The notes under the pieces are model-generated. The model saw only the letters and a list, made by a program, of their open reading frames with translations. It was not told the origin of the DNA and searched no databases. A program made the translations under genes and the position numbers. Shown piece after piece: positions 7,606-15,631 of a DNA stretch of 25,929 nt. Positions within the stretch are counted from its first letter, which is position 1; each line of letters starts with the position of its first letter. The stretch is from a virus (lineage: Duplodnaviria > Caudoviricetes): IMG/VR virus record IMGVR_UViG_3300020042_009136, positions 1 to 25,929 of that record; one strand, given 5' to 3'.

Positions 7606-7982
7606 TGAGCGAGTTTCAATTAAAAGAAGGACAAGGGTATATTTACGTAGGTGAATACTTTCATAAATTTGGAGGTAAAGTACCTACAGAAAAGAAAATA
7701 GGTAAAATAGATGATCTATTAAAAATACCTCAAATAGATGACTATGCATTTAGTTTAGACTTTACAGCCGCCGATATTTATCTTGTTGAAAATGTAGAGG
7801 TTCTTTATGCTGCTTTAACATCAGTATTAAGTCATGATCTTATTAAAGAGGATTGGTTTGCAGACTCAGATAATGATTTAAAAGAAAGAGTAACTAGCTT
7901 TATGAAAGCTTTTGGTTACGTTGAGATTTGTGATGTTGATGGAGATGGTATTCCTGACCATCTAGACGACGTTATAGGTTAA
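7605..7982 (+). CDS. Hypothetical protein; degenerate T5orf172/GIY-YIG-like fold with C-terminal Ca-binding loop
   Basis: GYIYV..KIG..EDWF pattern; C-terminal DVDGDGIPDHLDD (TSP3/EF-hand-like). Confidence 0.5.
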   Translation: MSEFQLKEGQGYIYVGEYFHKFGGKVPTEKKIGKIDDLLKIPQIDDYAFSLDFTAADIYLVENVEVLYAALTSVLSHDLIKEDWFADSDNDLKERVTSFMKAFGYVEICDVDGDGIPDHLDDVIG

Positions 7983-7999
7983 AATCGACACCCTCCATG

Positions 8000-8054
8000 A
8001 ACGACATGAGGTCGTTTAATATAGGCGTTATACTAAAGTGTATGGCGCCTATAT
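8000..8054 (+). other. Tandem stem-loops in intergenic region (possible terminator/regulatory RNA structure)
   Basis: AACGAC-ATGAG-GTCGTT (8000-8016) and a 15-bp stem 8019-8033/8040-8054 with two G-U pairs and a 6-nt loop. Confidence 0.6.
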
Positions 8055-8064
8055 GTATCGGGGT

Positions 8065-8502
8065 ATGGATGTTAATAAAATATTTAACTTGTTTAATGGA
8101 GATGAACCCGAGTCATTAAGGGAAAAAGCTCAACAGGTTGATGTTTTATTAGATTATAAAAACCACCCTTTATTCTGGGTTGGAATGTTTAAAAAACTAA
8201 TTCAAAATCATCAAACATTTAACGACCAATTACTTAAATTTTTTGATAAATTAGATGAGGGGTTAAATACAGCCGATATAGATAAAGCAGGTGAATATAT
8301 AGTGTTTAATAGAGCTTGGGAATACATCCAGAAAGTAGATCCAGATAACTTGGTTACTCAAGAAGCCTTATATAGATTCGCAGACATACATCTTAGGGTT
8401 GCCTTAGAATTATCAATAAATTATTTCCAAGAACACGAGGAATATGAAAAGTGTTCACACCTTAAAAAGAATTTAGAATTTATAAAACTTCTCTTAACTT
8501 AA
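8065..8502 (+). CDS. Hypothetical protein with C-terminal UvrB/UvrC-like (UVR) helical motif
   Basis: EHEEYEKCSHLKK motif. Start moved to ATG 8065 because the GTG at 8038 and ATG at 8053 lie inside the hairpin and a late-motif variant (ATATGTAT, 8051-8058) precedes 8065. Confidence 0.7.
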   Translation: MDVNKIFNLFNGDEPESLREKAQQVDVLLDYKNHPLFWVGMFKKLIQNHQTFNDQLLKFFDKLDEGLNTADIDKAGEYIVFNRAWEYIQKVDPDNLVTQEALYRFADIHLRVALELSINYFQEHEEYEKCSHLKKNLEFIKLLLT

Positions 8503-8503
8503 G

Positions 8504-8533
8504 CTTGGAGTGTCTTACTTCCAATATTATATT
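8504..8533 (+). promoter_or_regulatory. Putative early/middle promoter CTTGG-N19-TATATT
   Basis: TTGGAG (8505-8510), 17-nt spacer, TATATT (8528-8533); identical architecture at 25156-25185. Confidence 0.65.
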
Positions 8534-8567
8534 CCAATCACGGGAAAAGGAAAAAAGAGAATAAAAT

Positions 8568-8765
8568 ATGAAAAATAGAGAAATTATAATGAGACGGTTA
8601 GAACGGACCGAGGGGGAAATAGAGAAAATCCATTTCTTTTTAAATCGTGGTGGTTCTAGAGAACAGGTAGAGGAAGTATTAATCACAATGCGTGAAGCTA
8701 TTAGTGATGCTAAAGCGTTTATACAACAAGAACCACAATCTCCCGGAGAAATTAATCCATTTTAA
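8568..8765 (+). CDS. Small helical hypothetical protein
   Basis: 65-aa ORF downstream of promoter, 2 nt before the HD gene, amphipathic helices. Confidence 0.75.
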   Translation: MKNREIIMRRLERTEGEIEKIHFFLNRGGSREQVEEVLITMREAISDAKAFIQQEPQSPGEINPF

Positions 8766-8767
8766 TT

Positions 8768-9553
8768 ATGAATTTAACAGCAGAACAAATCCAACAAAAT
8801 TGGTTACGAATGATGGGCTTTATTGAGGATCATATTTCATCTCCTCGTAAAGAAAAATTAATTGAGTTTTATGAAAAATTTAGTGAGCGTTTAATGTTGA
8901 TGCCTGCTGCTCATAAAAAAGAATACCATAATGCTTTTCCGGGAGGTTATGTAGAACATGTTAATAGAGTTATTACTTGTGCTCTTCACCTTCATGAATT
9001 GTGGGCTACTATGGGTGCTGATACTACTACTTACACAAAAGAAGAATTAGTATTTTCGGCTTTAAATCATGATCTAGGTAAGATGGGTGATGAGGAAAAT
9101 GAATCTTATATTCCTCAAACTGATAACTGGAGACGAGAAAAATTAGGTGAGGATTATATGTTTAATACTAAAGTCCCATTTGCTTCTGTTCCTGATAGAG
9201 GATTATTTTTACTCCAATCCCATAGTATCCAGTATACATTTAATGAAATGATTACTATTCAGACACATGATGGTTTATATGATGAGGCAAATAAAAAGTA
9301 TTTAATGACTTATCTTCCAGAACAAAAACCACGTACATCATTACCTTTTATTGTACATCAGGCGGATTTAATGGCTGCTCGTATTGAGTTTGAAAGGGAA
9401 TGGTTACCTAAATTACAGAGTAACGTGGAGTCCCAAAAGAAACCATTTACATTGGGTAATAATAAATCAGCTCCATTAACTTCAGCCGCTAAATCTAAAG
9501 CATTAAGTAGTGTAAAAAGTGAAGGATTAAGAAATTTATTAGACAACTTATGA
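8768..9553 (+). CDS. HD-domain metal-dependent phosphohydrolase
   Basis: HNAFPGGYVEH..ALNHDLGK..IQTHDG..VHQAD motif series. Confidence 0.88.
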   Translation: MNLTAEQIQQNWLRMMGFIEDHISSPRKEKLIEFYEKFSERLMLMPAAHKKEYHNAFPGGYVEHVNRVITCALHLHELWATMGADTTTYTKEELVFSALNHDLGKMGDEENESYIPQTDNWRREKLGEDYMFNTKVPFASVPDRGLFLLQSHSIQYTFNEMITIQTHDGLYDEANKKYLMTYLPEQKPRTSLPFIVHQADLMAARIEFEREWLPKLQSNVESQKKPFTLGNNKSAPLTSAAKSKALSSVKSEGLRNLLDNL

Positions 9554-9831
9554 TACTAACAATTATATTACTCTCAATATTAGTCGTGACTCTTGGGTAC
9601 ACGACTTATAATCTTTTAAAGAAAAATGAGAAACAAGAAGACATTTTAGCAGGTTATATGACCTACTTAAATAAAATTTCAGACACTATTGAATTATCAG
9701 AGAAGAAAATGATGGAAGTAGATGCTAAAGGCAGTTTCAAATCAGATGATGAGGTAGGATTTTTCTTTGAGCAAATTAAAACTATTCAAACAGCATTAAA
9801 CTCTTTTGTTATTAAAAATATTGTAAAATAA
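9550..9831 (+). CDS. Hypothetical protein with N-terminal TM anchor and coiled coil
   Basis: MILTIILLSILVVTLGY anchor; ATGA and TAATG overlaps with neighbours. Confidence 0.75.
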   Translation: MILTIILLSILVVTLGYTTYNLLKKNEKQEDILAGYMTYLNKISDTIELSEKKMMEVDAKGSFKSDDEVGFFFEQIKTIQTALNSFVIKNIVK

Positions 9832-10538
9832 TGGAAGAGGTAGTAGTTAAAAAGAAAAAGGGTGTCCAATACTTTACTCAAGACGCAGAAAATGCTATTG
9901 TATTATATAATAACACTACGGATTTTGAGTTAAAAAGTAGAATATATCAAGATAGAATCCATTACGCCTTTTTTAAACTTACCGAAAACATCATCCATAC
10001 TTTTAAGTTCTACTATACTGAGGTAGATAATATTGAGGATTTACAACACGAGGTAATTACCTTCCTACTATCTAAAATCCATTTATTTAAACCAGAAAAA
10101 GGTGCTAAAGCTTTTTCTTACTTTGGAACAATTGCTAAACGTTATTTAATTTTATCTAATCAAAAGAATTATAAAAAACGTATTGATACTATTGGTTTAG
10201 ATACTATTGAGGAAGATGAGGAACATTCATACAGCATCGATGATTCATCGCACGATGAACGTCTATCGATGTTTATAGACATTTATACCGAATACGTCAC
10301 CAAACATATTTATACTTTATTTCCTAAAGAATATGACGCTCAAATTGCGGATGCGATTTTAGAATTATTTCGTAAAAGAGAAAATTTAGATGTGTTTAAT
10401 AAAAAAGCACTTTACATTTATATCCGTGAAATTATAGATGTTAAAACACCTAAAATTACAAAAATAGCAAATCAACTCTACGATATTTTTAAAGAAGGTT
10501 ATGTATTTTATTTAGAACACGGATATACAAATTTTTAA
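9831..10538 (+). CDS. Phage RNA polymerase sigma factor, T4 gp55-like (late transcription)
   Basis: YFT..ENAIVLY, LTENIIHTFKFY, EDLQHEVITFLL..F.PEKG.KAFSYFGTIAKRY correspond to sigma region 2 of gp55-type factors. Confidence 0.78.
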   Translation: MEEVVVKKKKGVQYFTQDAENAIVLYNNTTDFELKSRIYQDRIHYAFFKLTENIIHTFKFYYTEVDNIEDLQHEVITFLLSKIHLFKPEKGAKAFSYFGTIAKRYLILSNQKNYKKRIDTIGLDTIEEDEEHSYSIDDSSHDERLSMFIDIYTEYVTKHIYTLFPKEYDAQIADAILELFRKRENLDVFNKKALYIYIREIIDVKTPKITKIANQLYDIFKEGYVFYLEHGYTNF

Positions 10539-10543
10539 GTTTC

Positions 10544-10553
10544 ATATTTATAA
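10544..10553 (+). promoter_or_regulatory. Putative phage late promoter ATATTTATAA
   Basis: Exact 10-mer just after the sigma stop codon; a second near copy ATATTTATG overlaps the 10572 start codon. Confidence 0.7.
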
Positions 10554-10571
10554 GAAACTAACTGTATATTT

Positions 10572-10907
10572 ATGTCACAATTCGATAATATAATTTTTGG
10601 GAAGAAAAAATTCTCCGATGTTTTGGAGGAAATTTATAATAACCAAAAGAAAAAAGACCAACAGGTTACTGCTTTAATTAATGAGTTAAAACCTTTAATT
10701 TCCGATATTGGGGATGCTACTTTAGTAGTTCCCCTAATTAAAGAATATATGGAAATTAGTGTTAAAAACGATGATATTTTAATTAAGATGGCTGCTTTAG
10801 CTCAACGTGCTATGGCAACAGTAACATCTGATGGTGCTTTAACTATTTCCGATGAGGAAAAAGATCAGCTATTAGCTGCTATGAATGAATTAAAAGGAGG
10901 TAAATAA
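10572..10907 (+). CDS. Conserved-looking helical hypothetical phage protein
   Basis: 111-aa ORF, TAATG overlap with next gene; function not recognised. Confidence 0.75.
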   Translation: MSQFDNIIFGKKKFSDVLEEIYNNQKKKDQQVTALINELKPLISDIGDATLVVPLIKEYMEISVKNDDILIKMAALAQRAMATVTSDGALTISDEEKDQLLAAMNELKGGK

Positions 10908-12130
10908 TGGCTAAATTTGGTTTCTCGGCATTAAATCAAAGTTTAAATGCTAATCTAAATAACAGTTATAATGCTCAAAATGCTATTGATCAAATGAATT
11001 TGATTAGAGCAGTACGAGTATTAAGTATTGTTTTAGACGAAACCCACCCACGTTTTAAAGAATTAGGTGAATGGAATGGGTTAGGTATTATTGAGTATGA
11101 GGATGTAAATAATCCTTTACCCTCACAATCACCTCCAACAGCAAGACCTTTAACAGGAAACAATAAAAATTTACCTCTAGTAAACGAAATAGTTTATACA
11201 ATCGGACTCCCAGATACTGATATTGATTCTATATCTTCTAATTCTGCAGATTATTATATTAATATAGTTTCACTTTGGAATCATCCTCACCATAATGCTT
11301 ATCCTACAGCCCCTAATGCTTTACCTCCAACACAACAAAAGGATTATGTTCAAACACAAGTAGGTAGTATTAGAAGAGTAACAGATCAATCAACAGAAAT
11401 ATTTTTAGGTAAAACATTTATTGAACGTTCTAATATTCATCCTATTTTGCCTTTTGAAGGTGATATTATTAGTGAGGGAAGATGGGGTAATTCAATTCGT
11501 ATTGGTTCTACTGTTAAGAATACTCCCAATAATTGGTCAACAGTTGGTACTAATGGAGATCCTATTTTAATTATTAGAAACGGACAGGGTAAACAAACAG
11601 AGGAAGGTTGGATACCAACAGTAGAGGATATCAATAATGATGATTCCTCAGCTTATTTTACTAGTACTCAAAAAATCCCGTTAAAAGCATCTAGTACTCT
11701 TTACGATAGTTACCAAACACAACCAACATCCCCAGAACAATATGCTGGAAAGCAGGTTATTTTAAATTCAGGCAGATTAGTATTTAATTCAACTGTAGAT
11801 CATATTTTATTAAGTTCTAATCAAACAGTTGGATTTAGTGCTGTGCAAGGATTCAATTTTGATACTAAATCAAATTTTATAGTAAATGCCTCTTCTGTAA
11901 AATTAGGAGGTAAAACAGCAACAGAACCTTTATTAAAAGGAGATTCAACCATAGCTATTTTAACAGATTTAATTGATGAGTTATATAAATTAACTATAGC
12001 TCTACAAAGTGTTACTCCAAGTGGTGGGCCTTTAGTATTACCAGCAGCTACTCAGTTAGCACCTAAATTACTACAGATTAAAACCCAATTAAATAATCAA
12101 ACTAAATCTAAAATAAGTAAAACTTTGTAA
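10907..12130 (+). CDS. Baseplate hub/central spike protein (gp5/VgrG-like)
   Basis: N-terminal OB-fold-like A.PL..PLVNEIV; EGD..EGRWGNSIR.GS; C-terminal short beta repeats ILNSGRLVFNS..ILLSS..NFDT..VKLG..EPLLKGD; near gp25/gp6. Confidence 0.68.
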   Translation: MAKFGFSALNQSLNANLNNSYNAQNAIDQMNLIRAVRVLSIVLDETHPRFKELGEWNGLGIIEYEDVNNPLPSQSPPTARPLTGNNKNLPLVNEIVYTIGLPDTDIDSISSNSADYYINIVSLWNHPHHNAYPTAPNALPPTQQKDYVQTQVGSIRRVTDQSTEIFLGKTFIERSNIHPILPFEGDIISEGRWGNSIRIGSTVKNTPNNWSTVGTNGDPILIIRNGQGKQTEEGWIPTVEDINNDDSSAYFTSTQKIPLKASSTLYDSYQTQPTSPEQYAGKQVILNSGRLVFNSTVDHILLSSNQTVGFSAVQGFNFDTKSNFIVNASSVKLGGKTATEPLLKGDSTIAILTDLIDELYKLTIALQSVTPSGGPLVLPAATQLAPKLLQIKTQLNNQTKSKISKTL

Positions 12131-12996
12131 TGAGCGGAATAGATATAAACATATTATTAAATTCACTCCCGGATGATTTAAAACCAAAAGGTTCAGCTAA
12201 ATTACCTATTTTACTCCTAAACCTAGGATCTAATATACCAGATATTTTACAACCATCAGTTGATAATCTTATACTCCAATATAATCTAACTTCAGATGTT
12301 TGTCCAGATGCTGCTACTTTACAAGAAATATTAAATCAAAGAAATAATATTGTAGACCAATTAAATAAAATAGGTGTTAGATTAAATGTAATTGGAACTT
12401 CTATTACTGGAGTATCTAATTTTTTAAATATAATATTAACAACTATAACTACTTTAGATATTGCTTCTATAGGAGTATCCTTAGCTTCCAAGTTTATACC
12501 CTCCCCACCAGGTGTTCCTGGGGTTGTTGTTTCTGGTTTGAATGATATACAAACAGCAATTAGAAAAATTACTTTTGACCAATTTGGGGATTCAAAATTA
12601 GCTAAAATTAAAGAAACACTAAGTAGTGCTGCTTTAGTTATTTCTATTATAGGAGCATATGTTTTAAAAATAACAGAATCCTTAAAAATAGTAGATAATT
12701 TTATATTATCTTGTGACCAATATTCTAATCTTTTACCTCAATCTCCCGAAATTACATCATTAGCGGATTCACAAAAACAAGCTAATAATACTCAAAATTT
12801 ATCTACATATAGTGGATTTATTATTGAAATAGAGGAAGTACCTTATACACCTACGGTTATACGTAGAAGAGCATTAGGTAAAAATCAACAAGGTATTGTT
12901 CTAATAACTACCGAACTATCTTTTACAACAGATGATCAAACATTAATTAGTGAATTAAAACTAATAATTGACAGAGATAATTTAAAAGCTTATTAA
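12130..12996 (+). CDS. Hypothetical protein, probably virion-associated
   Basis: Long helical/hydrophobic segments; coupled to spike gene by TAATG. Confidence 0.65.
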   Translation: MSGIDINILLNSLPDDLKPKGSAKLPILLLNLGSNIPDILQPSVDNLILQYNLTSDVCPDAATLQEILNQRNNIVDQLNKIGVRLNVIGTSITGVSNFLNIILTTITTLDIASIGVSLASKFIPSPPGVPGVVVSGLNDIQTAIRKITFDQFGDSKLAKIKETLSSAALVISIIGAYVLKITESLKIVDNFILSCDQYSNLLPQSPEITSLADSQKQANNTQNLSTYSGFIIEIEEVPYTPTVIRRRALGKNQQGIVLITTELSFTTDDQTLISELKLIIDRDNLKAY

Positions 12997-13000
12997 CTTA

Positions 13001-13010
13001 ATATTTATAA
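13001..13010 (+). promoter_or_regulatory. Putative phage late promoter ATATTTATAA
   Basis: Exact 10-mer, 3 nt before ATG at 13014. Confidence 0.7.
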
Positions 13011-13013
13011 ACA

Positions 13014-13361
13014 ATGAAACCATCAGATTTTAAAAAAATTATTAAAGAGGCAGTAAGGGAAGCTATTCAAGAAGAATTGAAAGATATTCTATTGGAAGCT
13101 GTTCGTGCCCCTAAAACAATTGTTACGGAGTCGCTTAAAGACACTTACGCTCAACCTCATCTTTCAAAACCAAAACAATTAACTCCTCAAGAAAGACAAG
13201 CAATGTTTGGAGGTATTTTAGAGGAAATGCAAGGTGGTGGAGCAGCTACTACTGCTTACAACGGACAATTTCAACCACAAGGACCAGTAGATGCTATTAA
13301 TGGAGCATTACCTGAAGGTAATGTTGGGTTAGACCAGATTATGGCTTTAATGAATAAATAA
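13014..13361 (+). CDS. Hypothetical protein
   Basis: MKPSDFKKIIKEAVREAIQEEL N-terminus typical of late proteins of large phages; coupled to gp25. Confidence 0.7.
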   Translation: MKPSDFKKIIKEAVREAIQEELKDILLEAVRAPKTIVTESLKDTYAQPHLSKPKQLTPQERQAMFGGILEEMQGGGAATTAYNGQFQPQGPVDAINGALPEGNVGLDQIMALMNK

Positions 13362-13768
13362 TGGCATTTGGAGCAAAGAAAATAGCACCTATTGATCTTA
13401 AACCTAGTGTTGGGGTTGGGGTAGGTCTTCCTTTTAATGCTCCTGGTGTTTTTAGAATTACATATACAACAAAAGAAGCTATTAAAAATAATTTAATTAA
13501 TTTTTTCTTAACAAATCAACCTGAAAGATATTTAAATCCAAATTTTGGAGCTAATTTAAGGGCTTTTATTTTCCAACAAATAGCAGAAGATAATCTTGAT
13601 TCTTTAAAAGAAGATATTCAACAACAATTAGGATTATATTTCCCAAATGTTATAGTTGGAAGTTTAAATGTAGATTCAATTCCTGATTATAACCAAGTAA
13701 TGGTAGAATTAACATATAACATAAAAGACACAGGTCTAAGCGATACAGTACAAATATTATTTAATTAA
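13361..13768 (+). CDS. Baseplate wedge subunit, gp25/GPW family
   Basis: IKNNLINFFLT..ERYLNPNFGANLRAFIFQ..YFPNV motif. Confidence 0.92.
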   Translation: MAFGAKKIAPIDLKPSVGVGVGLPFNAPGVFRITYTTKEAIKNNLINFFLTNQPERYLNPNFGANLRAFIFQQIAEDNLDSLKEDIQQQLGLYFPNVIVGSLNVDSIPDYNQVMVELTYNIKDTGLSDTVQILFN

Positions 13769-15627
13769 TGGCAACTAAAAGAAAAAACATACAGTATATT
13801 AATAGGGACTTTAACGAGTTAAGAGCTAGTTTAATAGACTATGCTAAAACCTATTTTCCAACAACCTATAACGATTTTACTCCAGCATCCCCAGGTATAA
13901 TGTTTATGGAGATGGCTGCCTATGTAGGTGATGTTTTATCATTTTATTTAGATAATCAGGTTCAAGAAACATATTTACAATATGCTCGACAAACTAATAA
14001 CCTATATGAGTTAGCTTATATGTTTGGTTATAAACCAAACGTAACTCAAGTTGCTACTACTGCTATTGATTTTTATCAACAGTTACCAGCTAAATTATCT
14101 GGTTCTACTTACATCCCAGATTTTGATTATTCTTTATTTATTAACCAAAATGCTCAAGTAGCATCGGTTACAAATAATTCAGTATCATTCTTAATAGAAG
14201 ATCCTGTAGACTTTTCAGTATCAAGTTCAGGAGACCCTACTGAAATAACTGTATTTTCATTAACTGGAGGTAATCCAAATTATTTCCTTTTAAAGAAAAC
14301 TCGTAAAGCTATTTCATCTACTATTAATACAACTACTTTTACGTTTAGTGCTCCTCAACAGTTTTCAACAGTTGAAATAAATGCCCCTCAAATCGTAGGT
14401 ATTTTAGATGTAACAGATACAGACACTAATGAATGGTATGAGGTAGATTATTTAGGCCAAGAAATGGTATATAATTCAATTAAAAATACCAATACAAATG
14501 ATCCTAATTTATCTCAATATTCTGGTGATACTCCTTACTTATTAAAACTAGAAAAAATTCAACGTAGGTTCGTAACTAGATTTTTAGATTCTGGGTCTTT
14601 ACAATTACAATTTGGATCTGGTACTGCTTTAGATACTGATGAGGAAATTATTCCAAATCCAAATAACGTAGGTATTGGTTTACCTTTTGAAAAATCAAAA
14701 CTTACAACAGCTTATTCACCAGAAAATTTCTTATTTACTAAAACATATGGTATTGCTCCTTCTCAAACAACACTTACTGTTAGATATTTAACAGGTGGAG
14801 GAGTAGCATCAAACGTACCTTCAAATGAATTAACTAATTTAACAGCAAATATTCAGTTCTTAAACTCAAATTTAAATTCAGTTACTGCTCAAACTATATT
14901 TGATTCATTAGCTGTTACTAATCCGATTGCGGCTGATGGGGGAGGAGATGGAGATACTGTAGAGGAAATTAGACAAAACTCATCTGCTAACTTTGCCTCA
15001 CAATTACGTAACGTAACTCAAGATGATTATTTAGTAAGAACATTATCTATGCCTGCTAAGTATGGAGTTATTTCAAAAGCATATATTGAACCAACTAAAG
15101 CTCAATCATTATCAGCAGGTGAGTCTCAATCCGTATTAGACTTGTATGTGTTGTCATATAACGTGAACCAACAGTTAGCCACAGCATCACCCGCTTTAAA
15201 ACAAAACGTTACTACATACTTATCTCAGTATAGAATGGTTAACGATTCTGTTAATATTAAAGACGGATTTATTATTAATATTGGGGTTAATTTTGATATT
15301 ATAGTACTACCAGAATACAATAGTAACCAAGTATTAGCTGATTGTATAGTTGCTTTAAAAGATTATTTTGCTATTGATAAATGGCAAATCAATCAACCAA
15401 TTATTTTAAGAAATATTTATATTCTTTTAGACAAAATTACAGGAGTTCAAACAGTAAAATCAGTAAATATTATTAATTTAGCGGGTGTTAATATAGGATA
15501 TTCTCCATATGCTTATGACATAAATGCTGCTACTGTTTCTAATGTAGTTTATCCTTCACTAGACCCAAGTATTTTTGAAGTTAAATATCCTAACCAAGAT
15601 ATCCAAGGAAGGGTAGTAAATTTATAA
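13768..15627 (+). CDS. Baseplate wedge subunit, T4 gp6/baseplate J-like
   Basis: RDFNELRASL..YNDF..SPG.MFMEMAAYVGDVLSFYLD..A..GYKP; LQFG.G; VRYLTGGG..SNV; GG.DGDTVEEIR..QLRNVT..DY. Confidence 0.92.
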   Translation: MATKRKNIQYINRDFNELRASLIDYAKTYFPTTYNDFTPASPGIMFMEMAAYVGDVLSFYLDNQVQETYLQYARQTNNLYELAYMFGYKPNVTQVATTAIDFYQQLPAKLSGSTYIPDFDYSLFINQNAQVASVTNNSVSFLIEDPVDFSVSSSGDPTEITVFSLTGGNPNYFLLKKTRKAISSTINTTTFTFSAPQQFSTVEINAPQIVGILDVTDTDTNEWYEVDYLGQEMVYNSIKNTNTNDPNLSQYSGDTPYLLKLEKIQRRFVTRFLDSGSLQLQFGSGTALDTDEEIIPNPNNVGIGLPFEKSKLTTAYSPENFLFTKTYGIAPSQTTLTVRYLTGGGVASNVPSNELTNLTANIQFLNSNLNSVTAQTIFDSLAVTNPIAADGGGDGDTVEEIRQNSSANFASQLRNVTQDDYLVRTLSMPAKYGVISKAYIEPTKAQSLSAGESQSVLDLYVLSYNVNQQLATASPALKQNVTTYLSQYRMVNDSVNIKDGFIINIGVNFDIIVLPEYNSNQVLADCIVALKDYFAIDKWQINQPIILRNIYILLDKITGVQTVKSVNIINLAGVNIGYSPYAYDINAATVSNVVYPSLDPSIFEVKYPNQDIQGRVVNL

Positions 15628-15631
15628 CAAA

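Noticed and set aside
8038-8064. GTG start for the 154-aa ORF
   Set aside because: Lies in the hairpin and upstream of the putative promoter variant; ATG 8065 is more plausible.
8480-8686. Minus-strand 68-aa ORF
   Set aside because: Antisense to the 8568..8765 gene and its promoter; no recognisable motif; all real genes here are on +.
9358-9546. Minus-strand 62-aa ORF
   Set aside because: Entirely antisense within the HD hydrolase gene; shadow ORF.
11437-11634. Minus-strand 65-aa ORF
   Set aside because: Antisense within the gp5-like gene; shadow ORF.
10907-15627. T6SS or extracellular contractile injection system
   Set aside because: Baseplate genes are flanked by primase, late sigma, tRNAs and lysis genes, with no T6SS membrane complex or eCIS ATPase; a phage is the simpler explanation.
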